Origin: an uncultured Ruficoccus sp.
GTDB lineage: Bacteria > Verrucomicrobiota > Verrucomicrobiia > Opitutales > Cerasicoccaceae
DNA: 64,000 bases
Assembly: GCA_965140785.1 (NCBI GenBank)
Contig: OZ223518.1
Coordinates: forward strand, 98,479 to 162,478
Direction: 5' to 3'
Every line of letters begins with the position of its first letter. Position 1 is the first letter of the stretch. Below, piece by piece: positions 41,674-53,448 of this stretch. The notes beneath the pieces are model-generated. The model made no database searches and had not been told where the DNA came from. It worked only from the letters and a program-made list of their open reading frames with translations. The translations under genes were made by a program, and so were the position numbers.

Positions 41674-43326
41674 ATGAAAAAAAAACCGTAAGTTCCTTCG
41701 CTCCCTCTGCCACACGATTATGATATCGACCTCCGTTGCCAGTTCTCTGTGTTTGGGTACCGCCCCAGGCAGAATCCGCTCCCCAACCCGATAGTGTCGC
41801 GAAGGAGGCTTCCGTCCAGAGGCCGAACATCGTTTTCATCCTGGCCGATGACATGGGCTTTGCCGACATCGGCGCGCTCAACTACGGCGTGTCCGATACG
41901 CCGGCTTTGGGACAGGCTGATGCGGGAGGGCACGTTTTTGAGCCAGCAGTACGCGGGCTCGGCGGTGTGCGCACCCTCGCGGGCCAGCCTGATGACGGGG
42001 CGGCTACCCGCACCGAGGCCGGCATTCCCGAAATGCAGTACTGGTGCAACGCTCGGTCTGAACGAAAAGACCGTCGCCGACATGCTGAGCGCGGGCGGCT
42101 ATGCCACCGGCATGGTGGGCAAGTGGCACCTGGGCAAAGGGCGATCCCCGTCTCGATCCGGGGCAGCGCGGCTTTCAGGATGCCGCCGTGCTGCGCAAGA
42201 CTTCGCACTGGGACTGGATTGTCGGACGACAACGGGACGATTGAAGAGCATGACGGGCGTTACGGTGCGGATATGCTGACGCAGAAGGCTCTCGGCTTCA
42301 TCCAGGAGCACCAGCATGAGCCGTTTTACCTCTATGTGGCTTACTTCGAGCCGCACACCACGCCGCTCGAAGCACCCGAGAAGGACGTGGGACTTTTTCC
42401 GCGAAAAGGGACTGAGCGAGAACCTGAGCAAACTGTACGGCATGATTCGCGCGATGGACCGGGGGCATTGGCCGGCTCCTCGATGAGCTGGATCAGCTCG
42501 GACTCGCTGACAATACGCTGGTCATCTTCGCCAGTGACAACGGGCCGCAGTTCGCCACCTCCTGGACGGACCGAACCAGCCTGACCCGCTACAACGCCGG
42601 GTTGCGCGGGCACAAGGACCTCGTCTATGACGGCGGAGTGCGCGTGCCCGGGATCGTGCGCTGGCCCGCCGGGATGCCCGGCGGTGGCCGCATCCTGCAC
42701 CCGGTCTTTCATTTTACGGACTGGACGCCGACTCTGCTGGAGGTGGCCGGGGTGCAGCCACCGGCGGAGGTTGAGTTCGACGGCGTGAGTCGCCTCAGTC
42801 TGCTTCAGGGCGGGGAAGATTGGGGACCTGCCGGAGTACCGCTGCTGGCAGTTCAGCCGCTACGCCCCGACGGCGCAGCACAATGCCGCCATCCGCATGG
42901 GCAAGTGGAAGCTCATCCGCCCCTGCGAGGGACGATGTCACCGGAACCGTCCTCGGTGTGGTCGAGCCGAAGGGGCTGGTGCCGCCGCCCGAAGGCTGGG
43001 ACCGGATGGTCGCCGAGGAGATCGCTTACGAGCCCGAACTGCCCGCGCCGATGTCGGTCGAGCTGTATGATATGATAGCGGATCCCGGTGAGATGCGTAA
43101 TGTCGCGGACGAGCACCCGGAGGTGGTGGCCGAGCTTTCCGCCAAGCTGGACGCGTGGTATGCCTCGGTCATCGCGGACATGCACAAGGCCGACATTCCC
43201 CCGGACGCGAAAAAAGGCGATGTGACGCCCTTTCCCTCCGCTGGGGGCGTACCGCTTTCAACCAGTTTTGATCAGGTCAGAGATTTAACAGGAAGGCCGG
43301 AAAGAACGAAAAGAAAAGGTCTATAG
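41674..43326 (+). CDS. Cys-type arylsulfatase (many indels)
   Basis: PNIVFILADDMG, CAPSRASLMTGR (CxPxR), VGKWHLG, RG.K..VYDGGVRVP and ELYD...DPGE across frames. Confidence 0.85.
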
Positions 43327-43363
43327 CCTTCTTACCTCCGCTCTTCCCGACCTTTCTGTTAAA
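43284..43363. repeat. AACAGGAAGG-type inverted arms
   Basis: TTTAACAGGAAGGCCGGAAAGAACG...CGCTCTTCCCGACCTTTCTGTTAAA. Confidence 0.8.
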
Positions 43364-43466
43364 AATAACCCGTTCAAAAATCTTTCTGATTTTATCATTT
43401 CCGTTTGGAGATGATATGGCAGGAACGGAATTTTAAACAGGGGGTCTCGGAAACGGTCGCCCAATC

Positions 43467-43779
43467 TCAGGCTTTTTTCTCGCCGAGCTTGCGCAGGTAG
43501 TCCCAGGCGTAGATGCCGGTGTTGTGGCCGTCGCCTGAAAATGAAGACCACCGCGTAGTTGCCGGCATAGTTCCAGCCTTCGACCGTCACACACCCGGGA
43601 ACTGGCGCGGGCCGTCGCCCCCGTACTGATTGCCAAAAATGTCCTTCTCGCCGATATTTTCGGCGCTGGGGGAGCGGGAGCGCAGGTATTCCGGGTCGAA
43701 GTAGTCTTCCGCGTCCGTCCTGCCAACGAATGGCGATTTCCTGGCCGATGAGTTGAATGTCTGCCGGGGGCGGTGTCAT
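43467..43779 (-). CDS. DUF971 / GBBH-like N-terminal domain protein (frameshifted)
   Basis: IAIRWQD...YLR..SPSAEN...GNYAV...H.TGIY.WDYLR after frame repair. Confidence 0.75.
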
Positions 43780-43868
43780 AGGACTATCAGCTTGGCGCAG
43801 GGCGCCCGCCCGGAATCAAGCCTTCTTGAGAGCATCAAACGCGCGACCGGGGAGGGCAGGGCGGTTTT

Positions 43869-44466
43869 TTACGCCTGTCCGCTCTCGTGCTTGGCGGTGA
43901 GGCGGGCCAGTTCGGGCTTGATGTGGGTCTCGTAGTAGTTCGGGTCCACGCCGTGGGAGAGCTGGATGCCGAGGTGGTTCTTCAGGAAGTCCTCGATGTT
44001 TTGCCAGCCTTCATCCGGGGAGTTGATCCGCTTGGTGTAGGCGCAGATGGTGAGCATCGTCTCCAGAGACTGAATCCGGGAGGTGCTGCGCAGGATACGC
44101 TCGGCGACGTGCAGGCGAATCTGCAACTGATTGCGGTCCAGCGGCTTGGTGAGAAAGTCGTCCACTCCGCTGTCCATCGCCTTGAAGTAGTTCTCATCCT
44201 CCCCGTTGTTGGCGGTGAGCATGATGAAATACGTGTACTCGGTGTTCTCCCGAGCGCGGATTTTCTGGCACAGCTCAAGTCCGTCCATACCCGGCAATCA
44301 GCCAATCACTGACGACAATACGGGTGGGTTGAGCGTCAAATTGCTGCCAGGCATCTTCACCATCCTGAGCAATGGATACGCCGTATCCCATTTGTGTCAG
44401 ATTGGCCTCCAGCAATTTCCGGGAGATGAAATCGTCTTCGGCAATCAGAACTTGTGTTCCACTCAT
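43869..44466 (-). CDS. Response regulator (REC plus short C-terminal domain; one frameshift)
   Basis: LIAEDD, VSDW.MPGMDGLELC, DDFLTKP and tail ICAY.K.I...W..IE.F......SHG. Confidence 0.85.
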
Positions 44467-44632
44467 AGCTGGGGTCTTTCTATCGTGCTCGACAGGGACG
44501 CATATACGCCTCCTATCGCTATTTTTACACATTTCTTAAGACTTGAATATACTCCTTAGAGCCTATTGGCCCCGGGATATTCCACTTAAGCCCCCAGAGG
44601 TTTGAACCCAGTCGGTGGACGTGGGAGTCATT

Positions 44633-45071
44633 TCACCACGTTTTTTTCCTGATCGCGGCCAGGCAGTGCTCCGCATAGGCCTTAATGGTCTTCCAGACGT
44701 TACTAAGCCCGTTACGGCGGTTAGGGGTAAGGTGTTGGTTGACACCGACATCCGCTAAAAAGGGTCGGCTCGTGCTGCAGGATTTCGTCCGGCGGACAGT
44801 CGCTGTAGAGTTCGGTCAGCAGTCCCGGCCCACCCCTTTGGTGATGATAGCGTCGGAATCCACCCGAAAGTGGCAGAGGCCGTTTGCGTAGGTCGGGACC
44901 AGCCACAAGTTGGACTGGCAGCCCTCGATGCGAAAAGTTTCGATCTGGTATTCCGCCGGCAGGGGGGGGAGAGAGCGCGCGCGGTCGATGATGTATGCGA
45001 AGGCGCTCCTGCGGGTCCTCGATAATCGTCAGTTCTTCGATCAGTTCCTGTTTTTTGTCAGCCAGTGTCAT
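44633..45071 (-). CDS. sufE: SufE family Fe-S metabolism protein (frameshifted; end approximate)
   Basis: DPQER, IEGCQS.LWLV, DSDA.ITKG and QHLTPNRRNGL across frames. Confidence 0.8.
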
Positions 45072-45135
45072 GTCAAAAAGGGGACTTGCCGGAATCATAC
45101 CAGAATCGTGCCGGCAGGGCAAATCCGGGCGGAAA

Positions 45136-45708
45136 TTAGCACCACTCGGGCGGATTTTGCAGCTCGGCCTTGAGAATGCCGATGCAGCCGAGGTTGCGGT
45201 AGCGTTCGGCGAAGTCCAGGCCGTAGCCGACCACGAATTCGTTGGGGATGGTGAAGCCGGAGAAGTCCGCGCCGTGGCCCACCTCGCGGCGGCCTTCCTT
45301 ATCCAGCAGCACGCAGGTGCGCAGACTTTGTGGGGCGAACTCGGTGAGCAGGTGGACGATGCGGTCCAGCGTGCGCCCGGTGTCGAGAATGTCGTCGATA
45401 AGCAGGACGTGTTGCCCGCTAATATCGAGCCGGATGTTGTCCACGATCTCCGGCTCGGAGACCGGGTTGACGTCGTCCTGGTAGGAGCAGACGCGGATGC
45501 AGTCCAACTGCGCGTAGAGGTTGATCTGCCGCAGCAGGTCGGCGGCAAACATGATGGAGCCGTTGGTGATACAGATCACGACGATCTCCTCAGTGCCCAG
45601 CTCGCGGTAGGTGCGTGTGATGTCTGCGCCCAGCTCCCGGGTCCGGGTGCGGATGTCTTCTTCGCTGACCAATATCCGGGCCAGGTCATTCTCCATGGTA
45701 CTCAACAT
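45136..45708 (-). CDS. hpt: Hypoxanthine phosphoribosyltransferase
   Basis: [17 protein letters not shown] and [16 protein letters not shown]. Confidence 0.95.
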   Translation of the reverse strand: MLSTMENDLARILVSEEDIRTRTRELGADITRTYRELGTEEIVVICITNGSIMFAADLLRQINLYAQLDCIRVCSYQDDVNPVSEPEIVDNIRLDISGQHVLLIDDILDTGRTLDRIVHLLTEFAPQSLRTCVLLDKEGRREVGHGADFSGFTIPNEFVVGYGLDFAERYRNLGCIGILKAELQNPPEWC

Positions 45709-45958
45709 GTTCGTCTTAGCTCGCCGGGCGCGTAGCAAACTTTATGCCGTCGCCGCTCTGAGCGAAACAGGCAACCCTGTGTCAAGTTGCCTCGCCTGTC
45801 AACGGTTTCCGGCACCAACCTGTAAGGAGCCACCCGTTGGATGCGGAGGCGACTCAGGAACGATCTCACCGTGTGTTTTTGCCGTGACGCCCACGTGTTT
45901 CGCCGTTATTTTTGCCAGAAACCCCGCGATTTACACCCCGTAAAAAAGGCGTGCCAAA

Positions 45959-48463
45959 ATGGAAGTCGTAGATGCCAAAGAGGCCGAGTCCCTCTCAGCC
46001 GAAGAACTGTACGCGAAACTGGAAACCTCCCCCGAGGGGCTTTCCGCCAGCGAAGCGGCCAGCCGCTTGGAGACAAATGGCCCCAATGAGCTGACGGTGG
46101 AGGAAACCAGCCGCTGGAAAATGCTCTTCGGCTACTTCTGGGGACCGATTCCGTGGATGATCGAGATCGCCGCCGTCCTCTCGATTATCAACAAGGACTG
46201 GATGGACTTCGCCATCATCCTGGCGCTGCTCCTCATCAACGCCGGGATCGGCTTCTGGCAGGAGTACAAAGCCTCCGACGCCCTGGAGGCGCTCAAGGCT
46301 CAGCTCGCGCTCAAGGCCCGCGTGCGCCGCGATGGACAATGGAAGGAAGTAGCCGCCCGCGAGCTCGTCCCCGGCGACATTATCCGCATCCGTTTGGGAG
46401 ACGTGGTCCCGGCGGACACGAAGCTGATCGAGGGCGAGTACCTGAGTATCGACCAGTCCGCCCTCACGGGCGAGTCCCTGCCGGTGAGCAAGAAGCCGGG
46501 CGAAGTCGCCTACTCGGGCTCCATCGCCAAGCAGGGCGAAATGGTCGGCGTGGTCTCGGCCACCGCCGGGCAGACCTTTTTCGCCAAGACGGCCAAGCTC
46601 GTCGAGAGCGCGGGTGCGGTCAGCCACTTCCAAAAGGCCGTGCTCCACATTGGCAATTTTCTCATCATCGTGGCACTGGTGCTGTGCGTGTTGCTGGTCG
46701 CGGTCCAGTTGCACCGCGGGGATGAGTTCCTCGATGTGTTGCAGTTCGTGCTTATCCTGGCCGTGGCTTCCATCCCGGTGGCCATGCCGGCGGTGCTCTC
46801 GGTCACGATGGCCCTCGGGGCGCTCGCCCTGTCCAAGCAGAAGGCCATCGTCTCCCGCCTCCAGGCGATCGAGGAAATGGCCGGGATCGACATCCTCTGT
46901 TCGGATAAAACCGGTACGCTGACCCAGAACAAGATCACGCTGGGCGAGCCGGTCCTCTACGCCGCCAAGGACGCCCAGGAGCTCATCCTGGCCGGGGCGC
47001 TCGCTTCCAAGGCGGAAAATAACGATGCCATCGACCTGGCGGTCATCGCCGGGCTGACCGACGCCCAGGCGCTCGCGCCCTACAAGCTGGAGAACTTCAC
47101 GCCCTTCGATCCGGTGACGAAGCGGACCGAGGCGACAGTCCAGGGGGCGGATGGACAGTCGCTTGCTTTTTCCAAGGGCGCGCCGCAGGTGATTTTCGAG
47201 CTGTGCGGACTGGACGAGGCCACCCGGACCAAGGCCCAGGCCGATGTGCTGGCCTTCGCCAAAAAGGGTTACCGCACCCTCGGCGTCGCCCGGAAGAGTG
47301 GGGCGCAATGGAGTTTTCTGGGCATTCTCACGCTTTTCGACCCGCCCCGGGAAGACTCCGCCGAGACGATTGCCGAGGCCGGTAAGCACGGCATCGCGGT
47401 CAAAATGGTGACCGGCGACAACACCGCCATCGCGGCGGAAATCTCCGGCCAACTCGGGATGGGCACGCACATCGTGCCGGCGGGCACTTTCTTCAAAGAT
47501 GGCTCGGACATGTCGCACAGCAGCGACCTAACCGCGCAAGCCATCGAAAAGGCCGAGGGCTTTGCGGAGGTTTTTCCGGAGCACAAGTACGGGATTGTCA
47601 AGGCGCTGCAGGATCGTGGCCACCTCGTGGGCATGACCGGGGACGGCGTCAATGACGCCCCCGCGCTCAAGCAGGCCGACGTGGGCATCGCCGTCTCCGG
47701 GGCCACAGATGCCGCCCGCGGGGCCGCCGCGCTCATCCTGACGCAGCCGGGCCTGTCCGTCATCATCAAGGCGGTGGAGCTCTCGCGGCAGATCTTCGAA
47801 CGCATGATGAGTTACACGATCTACCGCGTGGCCATGACCATCGATATCATGTTCTTCGTCGTGCTTTCCATGTTGATTTTTCCCGTCGTGGCCGGGACGC
47901 ATTTCTACCCGCTGACCCCGATCATGATCATCCTGCTCGCACTGCTGGACGACATTCCGATCATGACCATCGCCTACGATAACACCCGGATCGACCCCAA
48001 GCCCGTCCGCTGGAATATGCCCCGCGTCATCACCGTTTCCTCCGCCCTGGGCGCGTTTTCGGTGGTGCAAACCTTCGGCTTGTTATGGTTGGGGATGGGT
48101 TACTTCGGGCTTTCCGACGACCCGAAGCATCTCCAGACCATGCTCTTCCTGCAACTGGTCGTGGCCGGGCACCTGCTGCTCTTCCTGACGCGCACGGGTA
48201 AGTTCTTTTTCCAGCGGCCCTGGCCCTCCTGGCAGTTGCTGGGCGCGATTATTGCCACGCAGGTGGTAGCGGTGCTCATCTGCGCCCTCGGCCTCGACCT
48301 CATGCCTCCGCTCCCCTGGAAATGGATCGCCCTGGTCTGGGGTTACAACATCCTCTGGATGATCGGCCTGGATATCTTCAAGGTCGGGCTCTACCGCATG
48401 ATCGACCATCGCGCCAAACACCACCGCCACATCACCGAAGTCATGAACCGCAAACTGGGGTGA
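45959..48463 (+). CDS. Type IIIA P-type H+-ATPase
   Basis: FWGPIPWMIE, TGES, SIPVAMPAV, CSDKTGTLT, KGAP, MTGDGVNDAPALK and LLDDIPIMTIAYD. Confidence 0.92.
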   Translation: MEVVDAKEAESLSAEELYAKLETSPEGLSASEAASRLETNGPNELTVEETSRWKMLFGYFWGPIPWMIEIAAVLSIINKDWMDFAIILALLLINAGIGFWQEYKASDALEALKAQLALKARVRRDGQWKEVAARELVPGDIIRIRLGDVVPADTKLIEGEYLSIDQSALTGESLPVSKKPGEVAYSGSIAKQGEMVGVVSATAGQTFFAKTAKLVESAGAVSHFQKAVLHIGNFLIIVALVLCVLLVAVQLHRGDEFLDVLQFVLILAVASIPVAMPAVLSVTMALGALALSKQKAIVSRLQAIEEMAGIDILCSDKTGTLTQNKITLGEPVLYAAKDAQELILAGALASKAENNDAIDLAVIAGLTDAQALAPYKLENFTPFDPVTKRTEATVQGADGQSLAFSKGAPQVIFELCGLDEATRTKAQADVLAFAKKGYRTLGVARKSGAQWSFLGILTLFDPPREDSAETIAEAGKHGIAVKMVTGDNTAIAAEISGQLGMGTHIVPAGTFFKDGSDMSHSSDLTAQAIEKAEGFAEVFPEHKYGIVKALQDRGHLVGMTGDGVNDAPALKQADVGIAVSGATDAARGAAALILTQPGLSVIIKAVELSRQIFERMMSYTIYRVAMTIDIMFFVVLSMLIFPVVAGTHFYPLTPIMIILLALLDDIPIMTIAYDNTRIDPKPVRWNMPRVITVSSALGAFSVVQTFGLLWLGMGYFGLSDDPKHLQTMLFLQLVVAGHLLLFLTRTGKFFFQRPWPSWQLLGAIIATQVVAVLICALGLDLMPPLPWKWIALVWGYNILWMIGLDIFKVGLYRMIDHRAKHHRHITEVMNRKLG

Positions 48464-48525
48464 TGAGTAATTATAATGAAATTAGTTCCTTGATGTAACA
48501 ACCTGTGGTGAGCTAACTATGCTAT

Positions 48526-49389
48526 ATGGCCGTTCCCAAATTTGATGAGTTGTTTAACCCTTTGCTTCAAGCATTGCATGAATTAGGTAGCTCGGCATCT
48601 ATAGATGAGCAAGAGCAGCGGGTATCCGACATATTGAGCTTGTCACAAGCAGATCTTGAGCGGCCACATAAAGGAAATCGAACAAAGTTTTCCTACAATT
48701 TAGCTTGGGCGAGATATTATCTTAAGCGTTATGGGCTAATAGAAAACTCATCTAGAGGAGTTTGGGCTCTTACACCGGCAGGACAGAAACTGAGGAAAGT
48801 AAGCAAAGCTGATGTTAAGAAATCAGTAAGAGGGAAATATACTGAAGGAAGCCGCAAAGATAGACTTTCCGTTGAAGAAAGTATTTCAGTCACGGAGCGT
48901 GAGAGTGAAGAAGCCTTTGAGTTGAATTGGCAAGATGAATTGCTCGCTGCTGTTAAGACCATGCCAGCGGAGGCCTTCGAGAGATTATGTCAGCGATTGC
49001 TTCGGGAAGCAGGTTTTATCCAAGTGGAAATTACTGGCCGTTCAGGAGATGGCGGGATCGACGGGCGTGGGGTTATGAAACTAGGGCCTGTGCTCTCTTT
49101 TCACGTACATTTTCAGTGCAAGAGATTAAAGGATACTGTTCCTTCCCCAGTAATTAGAGATTTTCGCGGGGCAATGGTAGGCCGTGCAGATAAAGGTATT
49201 ATTATTACTACAGGCACATTTACGAAAGATGCAAAAGCTGAAGCATTGAGAGATGGAGCTCCACCCCTTGATCTAATAGATGGTGATGACCTTGTTGTTA
49301 TGTTAAAAGACTATCGTCTTGGAGTAACTGTTACAGAGAAGATTGTTGAAGATGTTACCGTGAAAGCGGATTGGTTTTCGAACTTCTAA
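48526..49389 (+). CDS. mrr: Mrr-family type IV restriction endonuclease (AT-rich)
   Basis: Mrr_N motif WAR.YLKR.GL....RGVW.LT; catalytic FE..C, DGGIDG, QCKR and DFRGA. Confidence 0.9.
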   Translation: MAVPKFDELFNPLLQALHELGSSASIDEQEQRVSDILSLSQADLERPHKGNRTKFSYNLAWARYYLKRYGLIENSSRGVWALTPAGQKLRKVSKADVKKSVRGKYTEGSRKDRLSVEESISVTERESEEAFELNWQDELLAAVKTMPAEAFERLCQRLLREAGFIQVEITGRSGDGGIDGRGVMKLGPVLSFHVHFQCKRLKDTVPSPVIRDFRGAMVGRADKGIIITTGTFTKDAKAEALRDGAPPLDLIDGDDLVVMLKDYRLGVTVTEKIVEDVTVKADWFSNF

Positions 49390-49404
49390 TATTTGTAGCT
49401 TGTT

Positions 49405-52400
49405 TTACTTTTTCATCCACTTGGGGCGTTCGGGTTCGCGCAGGGGGCGGGAGTCGAGTTCGATGCGTCGGACGGCGGGGTGTTTGCGAAGTTTGTCGTA
49501 GAGCTCGGGCACGAGTTTGCAGGCGACGTAGTCGGGGCTCTCGAAGTAGAGCGCCTCGTCTTCGTTGACCATGACGGCGAGGCGAAGCTTGGTGCCGCCG
49601 CTCTCGTTCTTGTCCACCAGCTCGCGCATGAAGTGCGCCAGGTCGGCCAGCGGTGCCTCCTCGGGGCCGGTGAAGAGAGTGGCGGCGGTGATGTAGGCCG
49701 GGGCGGTCTCGGGCCGGAGCGCGGCCATGTAGTTGGCGTTGAGCCGGGTCTCTCCGCGCTCGTCGTCGTGGCGGACCTCGCCCTCGACGAGCACGATCTG
49801 GCCCTCCTCGGCGAGCAAGGGGGCGTACTTCTCAAACGCCTCGGGAAAGACGTTGATCTGGTAGTAGGCCTTGCGGGTGGCCAGGGTAAAGAAAGCCCAG
49901 GGGCGGTTGTCCTTGCGGGTGAGGCGCTTGTTGATGTTGAGCGCCACCCCGCACAGCCGGAAGGCTTCCCGGTCCCACTGTTTCAAGTCTTCGCCGGGCT
50001 GGAGCGAGTTGATAACGTCGTCGAGCCCATGGAAGTCGTTCATCGGGTGCCCCGAGACGTAGAAGCCCAGCAGTTCCTTCTCGTACTGGAGCGTTTCGGC
50101 CATAGGCATGGCCGGGCCGTCCGTGCGGATGGCGCTGGTGCCGGAGCCGTTGCCTCGGGCGGAGTCGTCGCCGGCCCCGTCGTCCAGGAGCATGTCGAAC
50201 ATGTTGGCCTGGCCGGCTTCGCGGTCGCGGGCGAGGTCGGCCACCTCGTTGATGACCTGCTCGACGGCGGCCAGCAGGTGCCCCCGGTCCACCCCGCAGA
50301 AGTCGAAAGCCCCGGTCTTGACCAGGCACTCGACGACGCGGCGGTTGACGGCGGCGTCAGCGGTGCGGGTGATAAAGTCGTGAAAGTCCTCGAAGGGGCC
50401 GTTCTTGTCGCGCTCTTCGAGAATGATCCTCGCGGCGGCGTCGCCCACGCCCTTGATCGCGGCCAGCCCGAAGCGGATGCTCCAGGACGCCTCTTCGCCC
50501 GCGCCCTCGCTCTGCACCGGCGTGAACATGAGGCGCGACTCGTTGATGTCCGGTCCGAGCACCTCGATGCCAAGGCTCTCGCACTCCTCGATGAAGTGGG
50601 AGACCTTGTCGGCGTTGCCCAGCTCGGAGGAGAGCACGGCGGCCATGAACTGGCACGGGAAATTCGCCTTCAGGAATGCCGTGCGGTAGCTGAGCATGGC
50701 GTAGGCCGCCGAGTGCGACTTGTTAAAGCCGTACTGGGCGAACTTTTCCAGAATCCCGAAAATCTCCTCCGCCGTCTTGCGGTTAATGTTATTGGTCTTC
50801 TGCGCGCCCTCGATGAAGATGCCCTTCTGCGCGTCCATGACCTCCTTGATCTTTTTGCCCATGGCGCGGCGGAGAATGTCGGCACCGCCCAGGGTGTACC
50901 CGGCGATGATCTGCGCGGCCTGCATGACCTGCTCCTGATAGACGAGCACGCCGTAGGTTTCCTCCACCAAGTCCTTCAGCAGGGGGTGGGGGACCTGAAT
51001 GGTTGAGGGGTCCTTCTTGCCCTTGATGTACTGCGGGATGAACTGCATCGGTCCCGGCCGGTAGAGCGCGATAAGCGCCACAATCTCGTCGATGCTGCTC
51101 GTTTCCAACTGACGGCAGAGCGCCTGCATGCCCCCGGACTCAAGCTGGAACACGCCCACCGTCTTGGCGTCCTTGAGCAGTTGGAAGGTGGCCGGGTCCT
51201 CCAGGCTGACCCCCCCCCCCCCCCCCCCCCCTTCTCGATGTCAAAGTTCTCCTGCCCCGGCAACTGCCGCACGTTCTCCTGCGCGTCGGAGATGACGGTC
51301 AGGGTCTTCAGGCCGAGGAAGTCCATCTTGAGCAAGCCCAAGTCCTCGCTCGGCCCCTTCGGGTACTGGGTGGTGAGGTCGCCTTCCTGGAGGGTGACAG
51401 GGATCAGGTTGGTGATCGGCTGGTCGGGCGATGATGACCCCGCAGGCGTGCTTGCCGGTGTTGCGCACCATGCCCTCGATCACCTTGCCCTCCTCGATGA
51501 TCTTCTTGGCGATTGGGTTATGCTTGATCTCGACCTGGAGTTCGCCGGACTTGGCCACCGCGTCGGTCAGGGAAATATTCAGCTCGTCGGGGATCATCTT
51601 GGCCAGCTTGTCGCCCTCGGCGAAGGTCAGGTCGTTGATCCGGGCCAGGTCGCGCACGATCATCTTCGCCCCGAAGGTGCCGAAGGTGATGATGTTGGCC
51701 ACCCGGTCCTTGCCGTACTTGTCGCGCACGTAGTTGACCACGTCGTCGCGGCGGCGCATGCAGAAGTCCACGTCGAAGTCCGGCGGGGAGACGCGCTCGA
51801 GGTTCAACATACGCTCGAAGAGCAGTCCGAAGCGGAAGGGGTCGATGTCGGTGATTTTCAACACATAGGCGACCATGCAGCCCGCGCCCGAACCACGGCC
51901 CGGCCCCACCGGGATACCCAGGTCGCGCGCGCCCACTTGATGAAGTCCCAGACGATGAGAAAATAGTCCCACGAAGCCCGTCCCGGTGATGATGGCCAGC
52001 TCGTAGTCGAGCTGCTGGCAGAGCTTAAGCGCGGCCTGGTGCTTGTCCTCGTTGCCGTCCAGGAGCTTGCCGTTCTCGGTCAGTTGGCGGATCTCGTCGT
52101 AGTCGATCCCGTAACGCTCTTTCAGCCCCTGCTTGCACAGCTCAAACAGGTACAGCCCGTTGGCGCGGAATTTCTCCCGCTCCTGCTCGCCGAGGCTGAT
52201 CGGCTCTTCACCCTCGCGGGTGAGTACGGCGTTCTTGCGCTCGACGTAAATATCCAGCACGCGGTCGAAGTTCTTCGAGTCGGGCTGATAGCTCAGCTCA
52301 ACCGGCTTCTCGAAGACCGGGTAGTGGTCCTCGCCGAAGGGCAGCTTGACGTCGCACATCTCGGCCACCGCCGAGGTGTTGATAAGCGAGTCGGGCCGCT

Positions 52401-53184
52401 CCTTGAACACCCGCTCCATCTCCTCCCGGCTCTTTAAATAAAACTGCTGCGAGCCGTAGCGCAGGCGGTCCTCCTCGGACAGGCGCGAGCCGGTCTGGAT
52501 GCACAGGAGCGAATCGTGCGGCTGGTGGTCGGTCGAGTTGACGTAGTGCACGTCGTTGGTGCACACGACTTTCAGGTCAAACTCGGTCGCCAGCTTGAGC
52601 AGGTCGGGGATGATCGCCTGCTGCTCCTTGAGCCCGTGGTCCATCAGCTCAACGATGAAAAACTCCTTGCCAAACATCTCCACGAAGCGCCCGCACGCCT
52701 GCCGGGCTGCCGCGTAGTCGCCCTGCATGAGAAACTGCGGGATGACCGCCGCCAGGCACCCGCTGAACCCGATCAGCCCCTCCTTGTGCGCCGCCAGGTC
52801 GCTCATCGAGACGCGCGGGTTGCGATAAAAACCCTCCGTGTGCCCCTTGGAGACGAGGCGGGTCAGGTTCTGGTAGCCCTGGAAGTTCCGCGCCAGCAGG
52901 CCCATGTGGTAGCTCTTTTGCTTGGAGCGTTCCTCGTTGGTCTCGCCCAGCTTGTCGTCATAGACGAGATAGATTTCGCAGCCCAGCAGGGGCTTGATGC
53001 CGTGCTTTTTGGCCTGCTTGAAAAAGCTCGCCAGCCCGAAGAGCACCCCGTGGTCCGTCACCGACAGCGCCTTCATCCCCAGCTCCTCGGCCCGCTGACA
53101 CAGCCGGTCAACGCGGCTGCAGCCGTCGAGCAGGCTGTAATCGGTGTGGACGTGCAGGTGGACGAATTCTTTGTCTTTGGACAT
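49405..53184 (-). CDS. dnaE: DNA polymerase III alpha subunit (several indels and a C22 run)
   Basis: [49 protein letters not shown] and [13 protein letters not shown]. Confidence 0.97.
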
Positions 53185-53302
53185 GGGTGGCGCGATCAGG
53201 CAGGGAAACGGCCAAGCTTACGCCCGCCCCCGCCACCTTTTCAAGCCCGCGACGCCGGAAGTTGTTCGCGGGTTATTCGCAGAGGGCGGTTTGTCATGTT
53301 TC

Positions 53303-53362
53303 AACCACGGATTGCACGGATGTGACGACAGATAATCCGTGTTATCCGTGAAATCCGTGGTT
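53303..53362. repeat. Inverted 9-bp-period CACGGAT arrays between dnaE and rpsU
   Basis: AACCACGGATTGCACGGAT...ATCCGTGTTATCCGTGAAATCCGTGGTT. Confidence 0.85.
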
Positions 53363-53448
53363 AAAAGAAAAAATGAAAACTCTTGACGCCCTCCGGAAAA
53401 GCCTTCTTTATCTCCGCTTTTCCCGAAACAGAATTTTAATCAATCCAC

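Noticed and set aside
52030..52320. Intein in dnaE
   Set aside because: The insert is short and lacks the Cys/Ser start, His-Asn end and LAGLIDADG motifs.
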